Source: Guillardia theta CCMP2712 (lineage: Eukaryota; Protista; Cryptophyta). Taken from it: DNA of 64,000 nucleotides. Position 1 is the stretch's first letter; every line of letters starts with the position of its first letter. This document shows positions 61,393 through 64,000 of this stretch, in pieces. The stretch lies in assembly GCF_000315625.1 (NCBI RefSeq), contig NW_005434614.1, positions 31,253 to 95,252 of the forward strand. Reading direction: 5' to 3'. The notes under the pieces are model-generated. The model did not search any database. It was not told the origin of the DNA and worked only from the letters and a program-made list of their open reading frames with translations. Both the position numbers and the translations under genes were made by a program.

Positions 61393-61455
61393 ATGATGAT
61401 GAACTGTCAACATGATGGCGGTGGTGGTGGTGGTGGTGGTGATGATGATGATGAC

Positions 61456-61487
<32 letters not shown>

Positions 61488-61508
61488 CGATGATGATGAC
61501 GATGATGA

Positions 61509-61542
<34 letters not shown>

Positions 61543-61565
61543 GGTGGTGATCATGATGATGATGA
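61393..61565. repeat. Compound (GAT/GGT)n microsatellite
   Basis: Trinucleotide runs downstream of the EF-hand gene. Confidence 0.95.
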
Positions 61566-61688
61566 CTGTGATGGTGAGGTGGAGACTTGTTCATGCTCCC
61601 TCGTAGGATCTTTACATCACGGAAAAAAGAATATCCGCCCATTGCTGCTGCAGAAGCTTCCTTCTTCCCCCCTCCCCCCCCCTCCTCT

Positions 61689-64000
61689 TCAGTTCTGCTC
61701 CCTAGTGATCTTCAGCGCTCGCATCTTGCACACAGCCCGGTGGAGTTTGCGGTCAACCTGGATCGTTCTGCTCCCTCCGCTCGTTTCCACCCGCAGCGCC
61801 CCATTGACGTACGTGCCGTCTACGTATCCTCCCGCCAGAGAGCTCTGAGCAATCCTGCAGGAGAGGATGAGAGGACGGGAGGGAAGGGAAAAGGTGGGGG
61901 GAGGAGGAGGCAAGGGGGAGAGAAGGAGAACAAGGAGAGAGGGGTAAAGAGGAGGAGAGGGGGGGAGGAGGAGGGCGGAGGAGGGAGGAGGAGGAGGGAG
62001 GAGTGAAACAACTGAGGAAGAGGATTCTCACGTTGCTTGGAAGTATCGTCGGAACTCCGTGTCCTGTCCGGAGACGTCGACGTAGAGGGCAGGGTCGATC
62101 TTGAGGTCCGGGTTGTCAGAAAGGATCCGCTCGATCTGCTCGTCAAGCTTCCATGCGTAGGCGAGGGCGTCGAGGTTGCTGTCCTCCGGCATGTCCACGG
62201 CGAGATGCTCCCCGGCCACTCCCTCCCTCACGCGGAGGAAGAGGTGGTAGTCGTCGCAGAGGAGGAGCATGATGCTCTTGAAGCTCTTGCCGTGCTGCCC
62301 AGAGCTGACGGAGTCGAAGAGGTTGGGGAGAGCGAACCAGGAGATTCGGACGTACTCGCTGCCTCCTCCTCTACTCACGTCCTCGCCTCCTCCTCGCCTC
62401 CTCCTCTCGTTGGAGCTCGGGTTGATTCCCCTCTTCCACTGATCTCCCGCCTCCAGATCTCTCAGCGGCGACCGCGAGCTGGAGCGGAAGGGGATGATCG
62501 AGGAGGAGGAGGGGTTGACCATGACGTTGTCGCAGGAGGAGAAAACTTGTTGGCTGCTTCGGACGACGGGGCTGGTTGAAGTCGGGAGGGGAGAGGAGGG
62601 GAGAGGACTTGCAACCATCTCCTCCTGCCCCCGACGAGCAGTTCCCTCCTTGGACGCTGCTGCTCTATGGTGGAACCTGTCTGAACTCCTCCTCCTCGTC
62701 TTCCTCTCCACCACCTTCAGCACCGTCTCGAGCTGCTCCCTGAGCACCTTCATGTCCTCCTCCTGCCTTGCGAGCGAAGTCCTAACAGTCTCCTGCACCT
62801 CTTGAACAGCAGCGCTCATCCCCTCCAGCCTCGCCTCCACCCACGTTCCCTTATCATTTCCGTCCTGCGCCTGCGCTGCTGGGGAGCTGGTGAGCAACAG
62901 CTCGAGGCGATCGAACTGCCTCTGCATCCACTCGGGGTCGATGACCCTGGGGACCTTGTCGTGGACTGTCACTTGCACGTGCTCCTTCCATCGAGAGAAT
63001 GTGTTGAGGAGAGGAGTGTTGAAGAGTTTGCGGAGGATCTCCTTCTTGGACTTGCGGGCCATCTCTTTCTTCTGCTTGAAGATGGGATTGTTGATCTTCT
63101 CGATGTGAAATAGAAGCGACTTCATGGTGAAGAGCATCTCGTAGTTGAACTCATCCCGCTCGCAGCGGATCGACGTTGAGATCTGAAGGAGGGTGAGAAC
63201 AGGATGGCAGAGAGGAAGGAAGAAGGTGAGGGGAGGAGGAGGAGGAGGAGGAGGAGGAGGAGAAGGAGGAGAAGGAGGAGAAGGAGGAGAAGGAAAAGGA
63301 GAAGGAGGAGGAGGAGGACAGTGGTGGTGGTGGTGGGAGCAGGGGAAGGGCGGAGAGAGGGAAGAGGTGAGAAGAGCCAGGAAGAGGGAGAGGGAGGCGG
63401 GAGGTCTGGGGAGAAAGGCGAGCAGATTTGAGGAGGGAGGATAAGCGTAGAGGCAAGGGAACAGAGTGGAGGAGGAGGTTTTCCTGGAGAACATGAGGTG
63501 GAGGAGGAGGAGGACGGGGTTTGTAAGCGAGGATGGGGAAAATGAGGCGCAGAAAAAGAGGAGGAGGAAGAGAGGAGAAGCGGCAGGAGGTGGAGCGGCA
63601 GGAGGAGGAGAGGAGGAGCTGGAGGAGGAGGTGGTGGTGGTGGGAGGAGGAGGAGCGGGAGGAGGAGGAGCGGGAGGAGGAGGCGGAGGAGGAGAGTAGA
63701 GGGAAGCTAGGTGAGCAGCACAGAGTTTCATCCTTCTGACCTTGCGATGAGCGTAGTTGGACATCTCTCGAATGATCATCTCCTCAAACTCGTCGGCCCC
63801 CAGCTCCCCATCCGCATTCAGCAGCCTCCTCGAGTCAGTGAGGTAGTCGAACTCGTCCTCGGTGAGCGCGACAGGGGGAGAGAGCTTCAGTTTCTGCGCG
63901 CAGGCGCGTCATGCTCCTCCCCCGTCAGCAGCACGAGCAAGCGACCTTAAGGCCTATGTTGAGCTCCGACAGGTCCACGGCTCCCGACTCGTCGATGTCC
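61689..64000 (-). CDS. 3' part of an EF-hand protein with coiled-coil tail (possibly an ion-channel C-terminus); 5' end outside the window
   Basis: DIDESGAVDLSELNIGL (canonical EF loop) and NADGELGADEFEEMI (second EF-like loop). Confidence 0.65.

Noticed and set aside
61304-61848. Poly-His / poly-Asp ORFs
   Set aside because: Compound (GAT/GGT)n repeat downstream of a stop codon

Overview
Gene-dense, intron-rich eukaryotic nuclear DNA, most likely a cryptophyte alga (Guillardia/Hanusia-like). This is an inference from the many ~45-60 nt spliceosomal introns and from signal peptide + 'AF' bipartite plastid-targeting leaders. I assembled about 24 protein genes by eye from ORF fragments. Recognisable ones are: ADP/ATP carrier, multi-PDZ protein, SARAF-like protein, RING-armadillo protein, NOL/NYC1-like SDR, NDUFA12, ankyrin protein, PH-PDZ protein, collagen-like protein, CBM20 protein, TauD/CAS-like dioxygenase, an atypical CAMK-like kinase, EB1, plastid RNase Z, a WW-TLDc protein and an EF-hand protein. 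The window also has tRNA-Cys(GCA), many intronic microsatellites and two 100-N gaps. The two most interesting observations are (i) an intronless type-I membrane protein with CxxGxxC ectodomain repeats and a cytosolic RING1 + Rcat-like module (candidate receptor ubiquitin ligase) and (ii) a recurring intergenic architecture of GC-rich palindrome islands next to ACCCC/GGGGT-rich promoter blocks. Gene ends are approximate where exons were inferred.
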